A stretch of DNA of 64,000 bases from an uncultured delta proteobacterium (GTDB lineage Bacteria > Desulfobacterota > Desulfobacteria > Desulfobacterales > UBA2156): positions 32,001 through 96,000 of the forward strand of contig CAVTQK010000024.1 of NCBI GenBank assembly GCA_963736855.1, written 5' to 3'. The translations under genes were made by a program, and so were the position numbers. Of this stretch, positions 47,008 to 56,302 are shown one piece after another; positions within the stretch are counted from its first letter, which is position 1; each line of letters opens with the position of its first letter. The notes beneath the pieces are model-generated. The model searched no databases, was not told the DNA's origin, and was given only the letters and a program-made list of their open reading frames with translations.

Positions 47008-49092
47008 TCATGTGAAGTTTTTAATTGCCTGACGGATGATCGGGGCGATGCGATTTTTTTCGATGGGAGGAAAAACCGGATCCTTTTCAGTCATATTCAG
47101 ATACTTTGTTATTGAAACCAAGTCGGAATGGGCTAAAAGTTTTTTAGCATAACGCTGAGCCTGATCCAAATCTTTCCCCCGAATAGCATTTTCAATGAGG
47201 AAAAAGTAAGGCATCATATCTTCGGGAGAGGATTTGGCCGCCCGGAGCAAGAACCATTCGGCATTTTTAAAACTTCCTAAACGGCTCAGTGCGACGCCTA
47301 AATTCAGCAAAACAGGGCCTTCCTCCGGTGCGGTTTTCAGTGCCGCTTGAAGGAACGGCAGGGCTTCTACATACCGGTTCTGCCATAATAGGACAAAACC
47401 CTTGAGGTTTGCATATTTATAGGTTTTCAATGCTCCGTGCTGCAATACGAAATCAAGATGCAGCGAAGCCTCCTCAAATCGTTTGAGAAGGATCAGGGTT
47501 TTGGCGAGGTCGTAACGATTTTTGATAAAAAATGGGTCGATGTCGAGGGCTTTCTCATAGTATGGTAAAGCGGTATCGAATTTTTCAACATTAAAAAATA
47601 CACCCGCGATATTTCCGTAAACCTCTGCCTGATACAAAGGGTTGGACACGTAAAGAGAGAGGGCCTTTTCCGATAAATAAAGTGCGAGAGACAAATCTTT
47701 TGAAGAGGCATTCTTTTTCCATCCCAGCTCGATGGCCAGATTCACCAGGGGTCTGGAGTTGCCGGGGGCCTTCTTAGCCGCATCCTCCCATAGGGATACA
47801 TTTGTGGCCCAAGCCATGTTACGGATATGAGTCCCTATTCCCAGATTGATTAGAAGCAAAACGGTAAAAGCAATAACGGCAACCGATGCCCACCCGATTT
47901 TTTTTAAATGACGGATCGAATGATGTATTAAAAGAGCGACGGGTAAAAAAAGAAAAGCGGAAGGAAGATAATTGCGGTGTTCGAAAATGATTTCAAGGGC
48001 AATAACAGAGGATTCGATCAGGTGATTGAGAAAGAAGAAAAGAACGGCAAAGCCGATAAGGGGGCGCTTTTTCAAAAGAATGACTCCAATGCCGAAAAGT
48101 GCGAAAACGATGAGAATCGACGGCAATGTTGTCCATGGATGCATCAGGGATTGGGAAAGGGGTATATCGTGATCAATGGAAAGCCGTTGGGGCAATGGAT
48201 AAAAAATCAAACTCAAATAAAAGAGGAGGACCCGGGGCTGAGTCAGGATACGTTCCATGAAAGAAAAGGATCGATGAGCGTATCCTTTTAAAAAGAAAAA
48301 GGGATCTCCTTTGGAATAATAGAGCAAAAAAACTAAGAGTATGAGAATCCCCAAGCATAATAGGAGGGTTTGGGATGTTTTTTGGAACATAGTTCTCAAC
48401 GAAAAGTCGAAAAAGGCGATTTCGAGGAGGATCAGTGCAAGGGGAAACATGGCAGCGTTTTCCTTGGAAGAAAAGCTGCATAGAAAACTGAGTGTGCATC
48501 CGCTGAAATAAATCACTTTTCTGGAGTTAATGGGTGTAAACCGGGCTTGGAGGTAGAGAAAGAGCCCCAAAAGATAAAACAGCGCGGCAAGGGCGGTCAT
48601 ACGCTGAACGATATATGTCACCGCCTGGGTTTGGATGGGGTTGATCGCCCACAGGGATGCACTCAGCAGTGAAACGAAGTAGATTTCTTCTGGTTTGTAT
48701 TTTCCCTCCAACATCGGAGTGTTAAACAGGCCTTTTGTTATTAAGAAAAGGACGAATGCGGTCAAAACATGGATGATAATGTTAATCCAGTGATACCCGA
48801 CAGGATCGTCCTTTCCGAAATACCAGTTCAAGGCAAAGGTGAAACAGGCAAATGGACGATATAACTTCTTAACGGTTCCCGGGTATGCAATAAAGGTCTG
48901 ATAGAGGGTTTCGGGCATGAGGTTATCGATGTGGAGGCGCTCATTGTCGAGGATGTTGGGTTTGTCGTCCATCTGCCAGGAGGCATGGATCGAATTGGCA
49001 TAAACCGGAAAGATGAGCAACGCCAGCAGAATCAGGGCAACACAATATCTTCCGGCATTCACGGAGCAAGCGTCGGCGCTATTTCCATTCAT
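47008..49092 (-). CDS. TMTC-like GT-C membrane glycosyltransferase with C-terminal TPRs
   Basis: WQMDDKPNILDN, YRP, YHWINIIIH, NPIQTQAVTYIVQR, SKENA, EHRNYLPS and TPRs; the ORF-track extension to 49512 runs through a MITE. Confidence 0.85.
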   Translation of the reverse strand: MNGNSADACSVNAGRYCVALILLALLIFPVYANSIHASWQMDDKPNILDNERLHIDNLMPETLYQTFIAYPGTVKKLYRPFACFTFALNWYFGKDDPVGYHWINIIIHVLTAFVLFLITKGLFNTPMLEGKYKPEEIYFVSLLSASLWAINPIQTQAVTYIVQRMTALAALFYLLGLFLYLQARFTPINSRKVIYFSGCTLSFLCSFSSKENAAMFPLALILLEIAFFDFSLRTMFQKTSQTLLLCLGILILLVFLLYYSKGDPFFFLKGYAHRSFSFMERILTQPRVLLFYLSLIFYPLPQRLSIDHDIPLSQSLMHPWTTLPSILIVFALFGIGVILLKKRPLIGFAVLFFFLNHLIESSVIALEIIFEHRNYLPSAFLFLPVALLIHHSIRHLKKIGWASVAVIAFTVLLLINLGIGTHIRNMAWATNVSLWEDAAKKAPGNSRPLVNLAIELGWKKNASSKDLSLALYLSEKALSLYVSNPLYQAEVYGNIAGVFFNVEKFDTALPYYEKALDIDPFFIKNRYDLAKTLILLKRFEEASLHLDFVLQHGALKTYKYANLKGFVLLWQNRYVEALPFLQAALKTAPEEGPVLLNLGVALSRLGSFKNAEWFLLRAAKSSPEDMMPYFFLIENAIRGKDLDQAQRYAKKLLAHSDLVSITKYLNMTEKDPVFPPIEKNRIAPIIRQAIKNFT

Positions 49093-49137
49093 GGACGTTG
49101 TATTCCAACAGGGGTATTTTTTAGTGGATTCAAATTT

Positions 49138-49290
49138 GATGGCTTCGTAAAAAGTCCAATTTCTGCGTTGCGCTTCATCCCGTTGCGATTTCGACGTACG
49201 ATAAGTACGCCTCATCACACGGGATTCGCGACGCCTTGAACTTGAACTTTTTACTTTGCCATCTGATTTTCGACTTTTTACGAGTTCATC
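49138..49290 (+). mobile_element. MITE, GATG...CATC family, copy B (diverged)
   Basis: gatggcttcgtaaaaagtc...gactttttacgagttcatc ends; flanks AAATTT/AAATTG. Confidence 0.82.
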
Positions 49291-49376
49291 AAATTGTATA
49301 AATATAACACAATTTTTTAAAAATGATAAAGAATTAAACGGTTGTTGGGCTGCGGATTCATTAAAGAACCGATTTG

Positions 49377-49413
49377 AAAAAATTAAAACGGGAAAGCAAT
49401 ATGCTTTCCCGTT
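49377..49413 (-). terminator. Terminator after second pilin
   Basis: aacgggaaagca/tgctttcccgtt perfect stem followed by a T-rich run on the minus strand. Confidence 0.85.
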
Positions 49414-49436
49414 AAATTGCTGAAGCTCGGCATGAC

Positions 49437-49853
49437 CTATCGGACTGAAATGAACTTGGTATTTACGTTGTTGTTCCAATAAGCAGATGCGGCCTGATAG
49501 TCGGGAGGACAACGCCCGCTTCCGTCCGTCACCGTGATGGTGATGTTGATATTCGGATCCAAACCGGTGATGGTGCCGGAATTGATGCTTACGCCTTCCC
49601 CGGAGAATCGGTATCCTAAGCTGTTGTTGAGATTCGCGATAGCGGGCGTGGAAGTACGGTTTGGGACGGCAAAGTAATCCGCAATGGCCGAGGAAATCCC
49701 GTCCGCATCCATCTCTGCTCGGGTGCAGAAGGATTTGTTCCGATAGGCGATGAAGTTGGGGATGGCGATGGCCGCCAGGATGCCGATGATGGCCACGACG
49801 ATCATCAGCTCGATCAGGGTAAAGCCCTTTTGAATTTTCAAGCGATCCGGCAT
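49437..49853 (-). CDS. pilA: Type IVa major pilin 2
   Basis: [24 protein letters not shown] class III signal; GGAGG RBS before ATG 49853. Confidence 0.93.
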   Translation of the reverse strand: MPDRLKIQKGFTLIELMIVVAIIGILAAIAIPNFIAYRNKSFCTRAEMDADGISSAIADYFAVPNRTSTPAIANLNNSLGYRFSGEGVSINSGTITGLDPNINITITVTDGSGRCPPDYQAASAYWNNNVNTKFISVR

Positions 49854-49913
49854 GAATTTTCCTCCTAAAAAAGGGATCGACGACAAACCTGATTGGACGT
49901 ATCTGAATTGTAC

Positions 49914-49929
49914 AGCAAAAAACGAGCCA
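49914..49929 (-). promoter_or_regulatory. sigma54 -24/-12 promoter of pilin 2
   Basis: TGGCTCGTTTTTTGCT (GG-N10-GC). Confidence 0.8.
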
Positions 49930-50150
49930 AGATAAAGTTTTTTACCAATATAATTATAATTAATTGATATAATTAGAATTTAGTGAAAATATAAGAGGGA
50001 TTGGATACGCTAAGGGAGATACAAACAGTAACAAAAAAACGCTATTCTACAAAAATTTGTCTCCGTCAGGAAGTTCCCGCGTTTGAAAGAAAAACAGTTT
50101 CCCGGCGATTGAATACGAGTGCTGACACCAGGCCTGCTGAGAAAAAAATA

Positions 50151-50183
50151 AAAAAAGGGAAGGCGAAATGCCTTCCCTTTTTT
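50151..50183. terminator. Terminator after first pilin
   Basis: aaaaaagggaaggc-gaaat-gccttccctttttt perfect hairpin. Confidence 0.9.
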
Positions 50184-50201
50184 AAATTAGTTCGTTGAAA
50201 G

Positions 50202-50637
50202 TTAGCGCACCGAGATGTATTTCGTGAAAACACCCATGGTTGCAGCGCCATCAGGAGACCAGTATGCGGCTGCTGTGCGATAGTCTGATCGGACAGCGAC
50301 CGCTCATGTCCGTTACCGTAATGGTGATTCTGACATTGACATCGTTGGCGGTAATGCTTCCCGAGTTTCGGCTGGCGCCTTCACCGGAGAAGCGGAAGCC
50401 CCCGCCGCCTTGGAGTTGGGCTATAGTGGGAAGGGTAACATGTGTGGGTATGGCAAAATAATCCGAAAGGGCAGCCGCCAATCCATCCGCATCCGCTTCG
50501 GCCCGGGAGCAGAAAGATTTATTCCTGTAGGCAATGAAGTTCGGAATGGCGATGGCCGCCAGGATGCCGATGATGGCCACGACGATCATCAGCTCGATCA
50601 GGGTAAAGCCTTTTTGGGTTCTCAGACGACTCAACAT
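50202..50637 (-). CDS. pilA: Type IVa major pilin 1; one +1 frameshift at ~50290
   Basis: [12 protein letters not shown] motif; removing one base restores CPSDYRTAAAYW...FTKYISVR*, homologous to the pilin 2 C-terminus. Confidence 0.92.
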
Positions 50638-50711
50638 GGTAATTTCCTCCTTTTTTGATTGTTGTTATTGAAAGATCTCAAAAGATCTCAAAAAGATTTT
50701 GAAAGGAAATG

Positions 50712-50728
50712 ATGCAAAAGGTAGGCCA
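50712..50728 (-). promoter_or_regulatory. sigma54 -24/-12 promoter of pilin 1
   Basis: TGGCCTACCTTTTGCAT (GG-N10-GC) directly downstream of a sigma54 activator gene. Confidence 0.85.
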
Positions 50729-50840
50729 GAATTTAGCCATCTTTGTTGAATAATGTTAACCGGCTGATAATCCATTGAAAATTAATTTTATTCCAAAGGC
50801 CGGCGCCTTATTCAGCCCATAAAATTTTCTTGCCGACGCC

Positions 50841-50872
50841 CAAATTTTGTCATTTCGTGGCAAAATTTGTCG
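50841..50872. promoter_or_regulatory. Candidate PilR upstream activator site
   Basis: aaattttgtca-N5-tggcaaaattt imperfect palindrome; caaaa(a)tttgtc recurs at ~50050-50061 at a similar distance from the pilin 2 promoter. Confidence 0.45.
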
Positions 50873-50890
50873 CGAGATAGCCCATCAGTT

Positions 50891-52291
50891 TCATTTTTCA
50901 ATTCCCAACTTATCGAGCCGATAGCGAAGGGAGCGCAGGTTGATGCCTAAAAACTCTGCCGCACGATCCATTTTTCCTGAAGCGATTTCCAGGGCCTTTT
51001 CGAGATAGGCCTTTTCGATCTCTTCAAGGATGGTGTCCAGTGAAACCCCTTTGGCCACGTCGTCTAAGTCAAAGCGCTGGCCTTTGATACCTTCGATCCA
51101 TCGGCGCTTGAATACCGAGAGGGCGAGGCTGTCAGGCAAAAGGATGTTGGTTCCGGACAGGGCTACGCTGCGTTCGATGATGTTTTCCAGCTCCCGGACG
51201 TTACCCGGAAAATTATATTTATTGAGCATGTCGATGGCATAAGAGGAGATCTTTTTCATCTCCTTTCCCATCTCGCGGCTGTATTTTTCCAGGAAGTGTT
51301 GGGCTAAAAGCTTTAAGTCGCTCTTTCTTTCCCGCAAGGGAGGCATCTTGATCTCGATGACGTTGAGCCGGTAATAGAGGTCTTCCCGGAAGTTCTTGGC
51401 GATAACTTCGTCCTGGAGCTTTTTATTGGTGGCCGACAGTATCCGGATGTCCACCCGGACATCTTCGTTGCTTCCCACGGCCCGGATCACCTTTTCCTGG
51501 ACGGCGCGCAAGAGCTTGATCTGGATAGGAAGGCTCAAGTCCCCGATTTCATCCAAAAAGACCGTCCCTTTGTCGGCCACTTCGAAAAGCCCTTTCTTAT
51601 CGGCGGTGGCTCCGGTGAAAGACCCTTTCCTATGGCCGAAAAGCTCACTTTCCATGAGGGTCTCCGGGATCCCTCCGCAATGGATGGCCACAAAGGGGAA
51701 GTGTTTTCGGTCGCTTTCCTCATGAATGGCCTGGGCGACCAGTTCTTTCCCGGTGCCGCTTTCTCCGGTGATGAGGACATTGGTCTTGGTTTTGGCCACC
51801 TGCCTGACCATCTGGTAAATATGCTGCATCTGAGGGCTGTTCCCGATGATTTTTCCGAAATGCAGCGTCTTCTTCAATTCGTCGTCGATGAAGGCCTTTT
51901 CCTGCTCAACGGTCTTGAGGTGCAGGGCGCTTTGGATGGTCTGCTTGAGTTCTTCGGCGTCGAAGGGTTTGGGAACGTAGTCAAAGGCCCCGGCATTCAT
52001 GGCCTCCACAGCGGTTTCCGTGGAGGCATAGGCGCTGATCATGATGACAACGGCGTTGGGGTTTTTGGCTTTTGCCGCTTTCAGCACCTCGATGCCCGAG
52101 AGGCCGCCGAGCCGGATATCGAGAAGGAAGAGATCATAGTCTGACTCTTCAATGAGGGACAGGGCTTTTTCCCCACTTTCAGCTGAAACCACCTGGTATC
52201 CTTCCTTTTCCAGGAGGATCTCCAAGAATTCCCTCATGCTGAGTTCATCGTCGACGACGAGAATCTTTTCCGAAGGGTTTTGATTTTCCAT
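50891..52291 (-). CDS. pilR: Sigma54-dependent response regulator PilR
   Basis: Receiver domain, GESGTGKE, GSFTGA and RSLRYRL HTH; directly upstream of pilA. Confidence 0.85.
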   Translation of the reverse strand: MENQNPSEKILVVDDELSMREFLEILLEKEGYQVVSAESGEKALSLIEESDYDLFLLDIRLGGLSGIEVLKAAKAKNPNAVVIMISAYASTETAVEAMNAGAFDYVPKPFDAEELKQTIQSALHLKTVEQEKAFIDDELKKTLHFGKIIGNSPQMQHIYQMVRQVAKTKTNVLITGESGTGKELVAQAIHEESDRKHFPFVAIHCGGIPETLMESELFGHRKGSFTGATADKKGLFEVADKGTVFLDEIGDLSLPIQIKLLRAVQEKVIRAVGSNEDVRVDIRILSATNKKLQDEVIAKNFREDLYYRLNVIEIKMPPLRERKSDLKLLAQHFLEKYSREMGKEMKKISSYAIDMLNKYNFPGNVRELENIIERSVALSGTNILLPDSLALSVFKRRWIEGIKGQRFDLDDVAKGVSLDTILEEIEKAYLEKALEIASGKMDRAAEFLGINLRSLRYRLDKLGIEK

Positions 52292-52312
52292 GATTTCAGG
52301 GTTTCTTAGATT

Positions 52313-53593
52313 CTACACCGTTTCAAAGGCCACGGTTCCCGACACCACCGTAAAGACGGTTTTTCCTTTCAGTTCCCATTCATTGAAGGGCGTGTTCCGG
52401 CTCTTGGAGAAAAACCGGGTTGCGTTGACGCGAAAGGTTCGGTTCAAGTCGATGAGGGTCAGGTCCGCCGGATTTCCGGCGTTGATTCGATGGTTGATCC
52501 TCAGAATCTTTGCAGGGTTGATGGACATCTTTTCGATCAATCCGTTCAGGGACAGGACGCCGCTTTCCACGAGTTTGAGTCCCAAGGGGAGTGCCGTTTC
52601 CAGCCCGATGATGCCGAATGCCGCCTGGTCGAACTCTACGTCCTTTTCAATGCTGGAATGGGGGGCGTGATCGGTTGCGATGACATCCAAAGTCCCATCC
52701 GAAAGACCTTCCCATACGGCGTTTCGGTCTTCTTCGGAGCGCAGAGGCGGGTTCATCTTGGCGTGGGTGTCGTAATTTTGAACCGCCGCATCGGTTAAGG
52801 TGAAATAATGCGGCGCGGTCTCGGCGGTGACCGGTATACCCCGCGCTTTGGCGTCCCGGATGGCCGCAACCGATTCCCGGGTGCTCACATGGGCGATGTG
52901 AAGGCGTGCGCCGGTAAGTGCGCACAGGGCGATATCTCTTTGGACCATAATGCTTTCAGCCGCGTTGGGTATCCCCGGAAGCCCCATCCGGGTGGCGATT
53001 TCTCCCTCATTCATGACGCCGCCCTGGGCCAGGTCGAGGTCTTCGCAATGGGAGATGACAAAAAGTCCGAACCCCTTGGCATATTCCAGGGCACGTCGCA
53101 TCAATAGGCTTCCGAGCACGGGCCGGCCGTCGTCCGACACGGCCACAGCCCCGCCCTCCTTAAGATCCGAAAATTCGGTCAGTACCTCTCCTCTCAGCCC
53201 CTTGCTGATGGCTCCCACGGGATAGACCCGGACGCCGCAGGCCTTGGCGGCCTTTTCGAGGATGAATTCCGTGACCTGACGGTTGTCGTTGACCGGAAGT
53301 GTATTGGGCATGGTGCAGACGGCGGTAAAGCCCCCTGCCGCTGCCGCCAGGCACCCGGTTTCGATGGTCTCCTTATATTCGTGACCCGGTTCCCGGAAAT
53401 GAACGTGCAAGTCGATGAGCCCCGGGACCACGGTGAGTCCGGAAGCGTCGATAACCCTCGCTCCCGCGCCTTTTTTAACGGACCGAAGCGATTTCCCTAC
53501 CTTGGCGATCCGGCCGTCTTCCACCAGGATGTCCAGGATGTCGTCGATTCTTCCCGGATCCAGGACCCGGCCGCCTTTAATCAGAAGCTGCAT
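52313..53593 (-). CDS. pyrC: Dihydroorotase
   Basis: [21 protein letters not shown] and ATDHAPH. Confidence 0.96.
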   Translation of the reverse strand: MQLLIKGGRVLDPGRIDDILDILVEDGRIAKVGKSLRSVKKGAGARVIDASGLTVVPGLIDLHVHFREPGHEYKETIETGCLAAAAGGFTAVCTMPNTLPVNDNRQVTEFILEKAAKACGVRVYPVGAISKGLRGEVLTEFSDLKEGGAVAVSDDGRPVLGSLLMRRALEYAKGFGLFVISHCEDLDLAQGGVMNEGEIATRMGLPGIPNAAESIMVQRDIALCALTGARLHIAHVSTRESVAAIRDAKARGIPVTAETAPHYFTLTDAAVQNYDTHAKMNPPLRSEEDRNAVWEGLSDGTLDVIATDHAPHSSIEKDVEFDQAAFGIIGLETALPLGLKLVESGVLSLNGLIEKMSINPAKILRINHRINAGNPADLTLIDLNRTFRVNATRFFSKSRNTPFNEWELKGKTVFTVVSGTVAFETV

Positions 53594-54515
53594 GTCGCAC
53601 ACCTCCTGCCACGAGATAAAGCAGCGCCATACGGACGGCCACACCATTTGCGACTTGATCGAGAATAACACTATAGGGGCCGTCTGCTACCTCGGGATCG
53701 ATTTCGACTCCTCGATTTATAGGTCCCGGATGCATGATCAGCACCTCGGGTTTGGCGCGGTTCAGCTTTTCCCTATTGAGTCCATAAGCCCGTGCGTATT
53801 CCCTTTCCGAGGAAAAAAGGAAACCCTTTTGCCGTTCTTTTTGGATCCGAAGCATCATGATGACGTCTGCATCAGAAATCGCCTTTTCCATATGGTAGGT
53901 CACGGCCGCCCCCAGCCTTTCGATTCCCGCAGGGATCATGGTGGGAGGCCCTGATACAACGACGGAAGCTCCCATTTTGGTGAACCCCACGATGTTGGAT
54001 CGCGCCACCCGGCTATGGGTAATATCGCCGATGATGGCAAGCCTCAACCCGGCGATAGTCCCTTTCTTTTCCCGAACCGTAAGCAAATCCAACAGGGCCT
54101 GGGTGGGATGGGCATGGGTTCCGTCCCCCGCGTTGATGACGCAGAATTTGCAAAGGGCGGCCAGCATGTGGGGCGCACCGGACGAGGAGTGCCGGATCAC
54201 AAGAATGTCAGGGTTCATGGCCTCTACGTTGCGGGCGGTGTCGATGAGGGTTTCTCCTTTAACCATGCTGCTGGTGCCGGCGGAGATGGAGTGGCTGTCC
54301 GCGGACAGGCGCTTGGCAGCGATGTCGAAAGACGTTCGGGTCCGGGTGCTGGGCTCGTAAAAAAAGAGCACAACGGTTTTTCCCCGCAGGGTAGGGACCT
54401 TTTTCACGGGCCGGGTACCGATTTCCTTCATGTGCTCGGCGGTATCGAGGATCAGCGTGATCTCTTCGGCCGTGAGGGACTCCATGTCCAGGATGTCTTT
54501 TTTGGTAAACTGCAT
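53577..54515 (-). CDS. pyrB: Aspartate carbamoyltransferase catalytic subunit
   Basis: [24 protein letters not shown] and HPGP. Confidence 0.98.
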   Translation of the reverse strand: MQFTKKDILDMESLTAEEITLILDTAEHMKEIGTRPVKKVPTLRGKTVVLFFYEPSTRTRTSFDIAAKRLSADSHSISAGTSSMVKGETLIDTARNVEAMNPDILVIRHSSSGAPHMLAALCKFCVINAGDGTHAHPTQALLDLLTVREKKGTIAGLRLAIIGDITHSRVARSNIVGFTKMGASVVVSGPPTMIPAGIERLGAAVTYHMEKAISDADVIMMLRIQKERQKGFLFSSEREYARAYGLNREKLNRAKPEVLIMHPGPINRGVEIDPEVADGPYSVILDQVANGVAVRMALLYLVAGGVRHAASD

Positions 54516-54615
54516 GGGGCACCTGATTTAAGGGTTAAAGGGACGGGGGTTCAAGGGGTTAGATATTAGATAAAGGGAGAACCCCCCGATTTGAATCCCT
54601 CAAATTCAAAAGGTA

Positions 54616-55278
54616 TCAGCGGATCCAATCCCCCAGCCGGCTCCAGCGTACGCCGAAATCGTCCTTGTCCCAGGACCAGTAGATCATGAAGGCTTTACCC
54701 TTCACGGCATCCAGGCCAACAAACCCCCAGAAACGGCTGTCGTAGCTCTGATCACGATTGTCTCCCATGACGAACAGGGAACCTTTGGGAACGGGCACCG
54801 GGCCGAAGTTATCCCGAGGCTGAATCGTCCCCGGTATAACGTGGGGGTCGGTATAAACGGCATAGTCGCTGTTTACAGCCTGATGGTTCACGTAAACCTG
54901 TTTGTTGCGGATTTCGATAACGTCGCCTTCAACGGCGATAACCCTCTTGATGAAGTCCTTTCCAGGTTCTTCCGGAAAGCGGAATACGATGATATCTCCC
55001 CTATGTGGCTTTTTGATGGGGATCAGCGTTTTTTGGATCAAAGGGATCTTGATCCCATAGAGGAACTTATTGACCAGGATGTGGTCTCCCACGAGGAGTG
55101 TTTCTTTCATGGAGCCGGACGGGATCTTGAAGGCCTGGACGATAAAGGCCCTGATGAAAAGGGCCAGGATCACCGCCACGATGATGGCTTCGATGTTTTC
55201 TCTGAGACGGCTTTTCTTCCGGACATCGCCTGCATCTAAGGCGTTTTCGGCTTTCATGGTTTTAGCGAATTCCTTCAT
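54616..55278 (-). CDS. lepB: Signal peptidase I
   Basis: IPSGSM, FIKRV and GDNRDQSYDSR. Confidence 0.96.
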   Translation of the reverse strand: MKEFAKTMKAENALDAGDVRKKSRLRENIEAIIVAVILALFIRAFIVQAFKIPSGSMKETLLVGDHILVNKFLYGIKIPLIQKTLIPIKKPHRGDIIVFRFPEEPGKDFIKRVIAVEGDVIEIRNKQVYVNHQAVNSDYAVYTDPHVIPGTIQPRDNFGPVPVPKGSLFVMGDNRDQSYDSRFWGFVGLDAVKGKAFMIYWSWDKDDFGVRWSRLGDWIR

Positions 55279-55291
55279 AAGATTTCGGGGG

Positions 55292-55753
55292 TCAGACGAC
55301 CCAAAGGGTCATGAGTCTTAAAATTAAATTGGCATAGATTCCGGCGATCACGTCGTCCATCACCACACCGCATCCCCCTGGGACCTGCCGGTCGATCCAT
55401 CGGATCGGATACGGTTTCAGGATGTCAATAATCCTGAACAAGATGAAGCCGGTGATCAGGATCCACGCATTTATGGCAAAATTAGTAAATGTTATCACAA
55501 TTCCGATGATTTCATCAATAACAATATCACCCGGGTCCTTTTTGGCCATCACGATTTCGGCCCGGTTGGAGATAAGGACCGCAAAACCGATGAGAGCGAT
55601 TATTAAAAAAAGGCTGAAGGGGAGGGGTGTCAGGGAAACGAGATAGGCGATGGGCAGACCGACGGCAGAGCCAAAGGTGCCCGGGGCAAAGGGAATTTTC
55701 CCCACATAACACCCGGTGGCTAAAAAAAGGGCTGCTTTGTCCACAAAATGCAT
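55292..55753 (-). CDS. pgpA: Phosphatidylglycerophosphatase A
   Basis: APGTFGS, DPGDIVIDE, FRIIDILKP and MDDVIAG. Confidence 0.95.
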   Translation of the reverse strand: MHFVDKAALFLATGCYVGKIPFAPGTFGSAVGLPIAYLVSLTPLPFSLFLIIALIGFAVLISNRAEIVMAKKDPGDIVIDEIIGIVITFTNFAINAWILITGFILFRIIDILKPYPIRWIDRQVPGGCGVVMDDVIAGIYANLILRLMTLWVV

Positions 55754-55793
55754 GGGCCGTCTCTAATACTCCGATCCGCCGTTTGTCAAGCAT

Positions 55794-56117
55794 GATGGCT
55801 TCGTAAAAAGTCCATCTGCTGCGTTGCACTGCATCCTTCGTCATTGCGGCGTACCCATATGTACGCCTCATTCCTCAGGATTTGCGCGCCTTGCATCTGA
55901 AGCTTTTTACTTTGCCATCCTAATTTTGATGAAATCGTAAAAAGGCCGATTTTTCTCGCGCCGCAAGTCTTTTCGGAAGATCCAAAGGGTTTCGCTAAAT
56001 CTCAAGAACTCGGCACAAGTGCCTCAAACAGCTTGAGATTTTTAACGCTCAACCCTTTGTCTCTCTTTTTCCGAAAAGACTTGAATGGCGCTCACAAAAC
56101 CTTTTTACGATTTCATC
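55794..56117 (+). mobile_element. Composite MITE (copy C): core module 55794-55919 plus second module 55928-56117
   Basis: Whole unit flanked by perfect AAGCAT duplication; second module has a perfect 18-bp inverted repeat GATGAAATCGTAAAAAGG. Confidence 0.88.
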
Positions 56118-56302
56118 AAGCATGATGCCTTTTGTTTCGACAAAACCCTTTCCTTTTATATATCGGGGAAAGAGGGGTGGGGGAATCCTGATCCGCCTGC
56201 AAGATTTTACCCGGTTTAAGACCGGGATGGTATTGAAATACGGAACGTCTTGTGTCATGAGGAATTCGACAGTTCGGATTGAATGAAGGAAGGCGATTGC
56301 GA

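Noticed and set aside
49093..49512. 139-aa N-terminal extension of the TMTC-like ORF
   Set aside because: Runs through the pilin 2 end, its terminator and MITE copy B; chance read-through, with the likely start at 49092
54516..54615. Hairpins upstream of pyrB as a PyrR attenuator
   Set aside because: No PyrR binding-loop consensus and no pyrR gene
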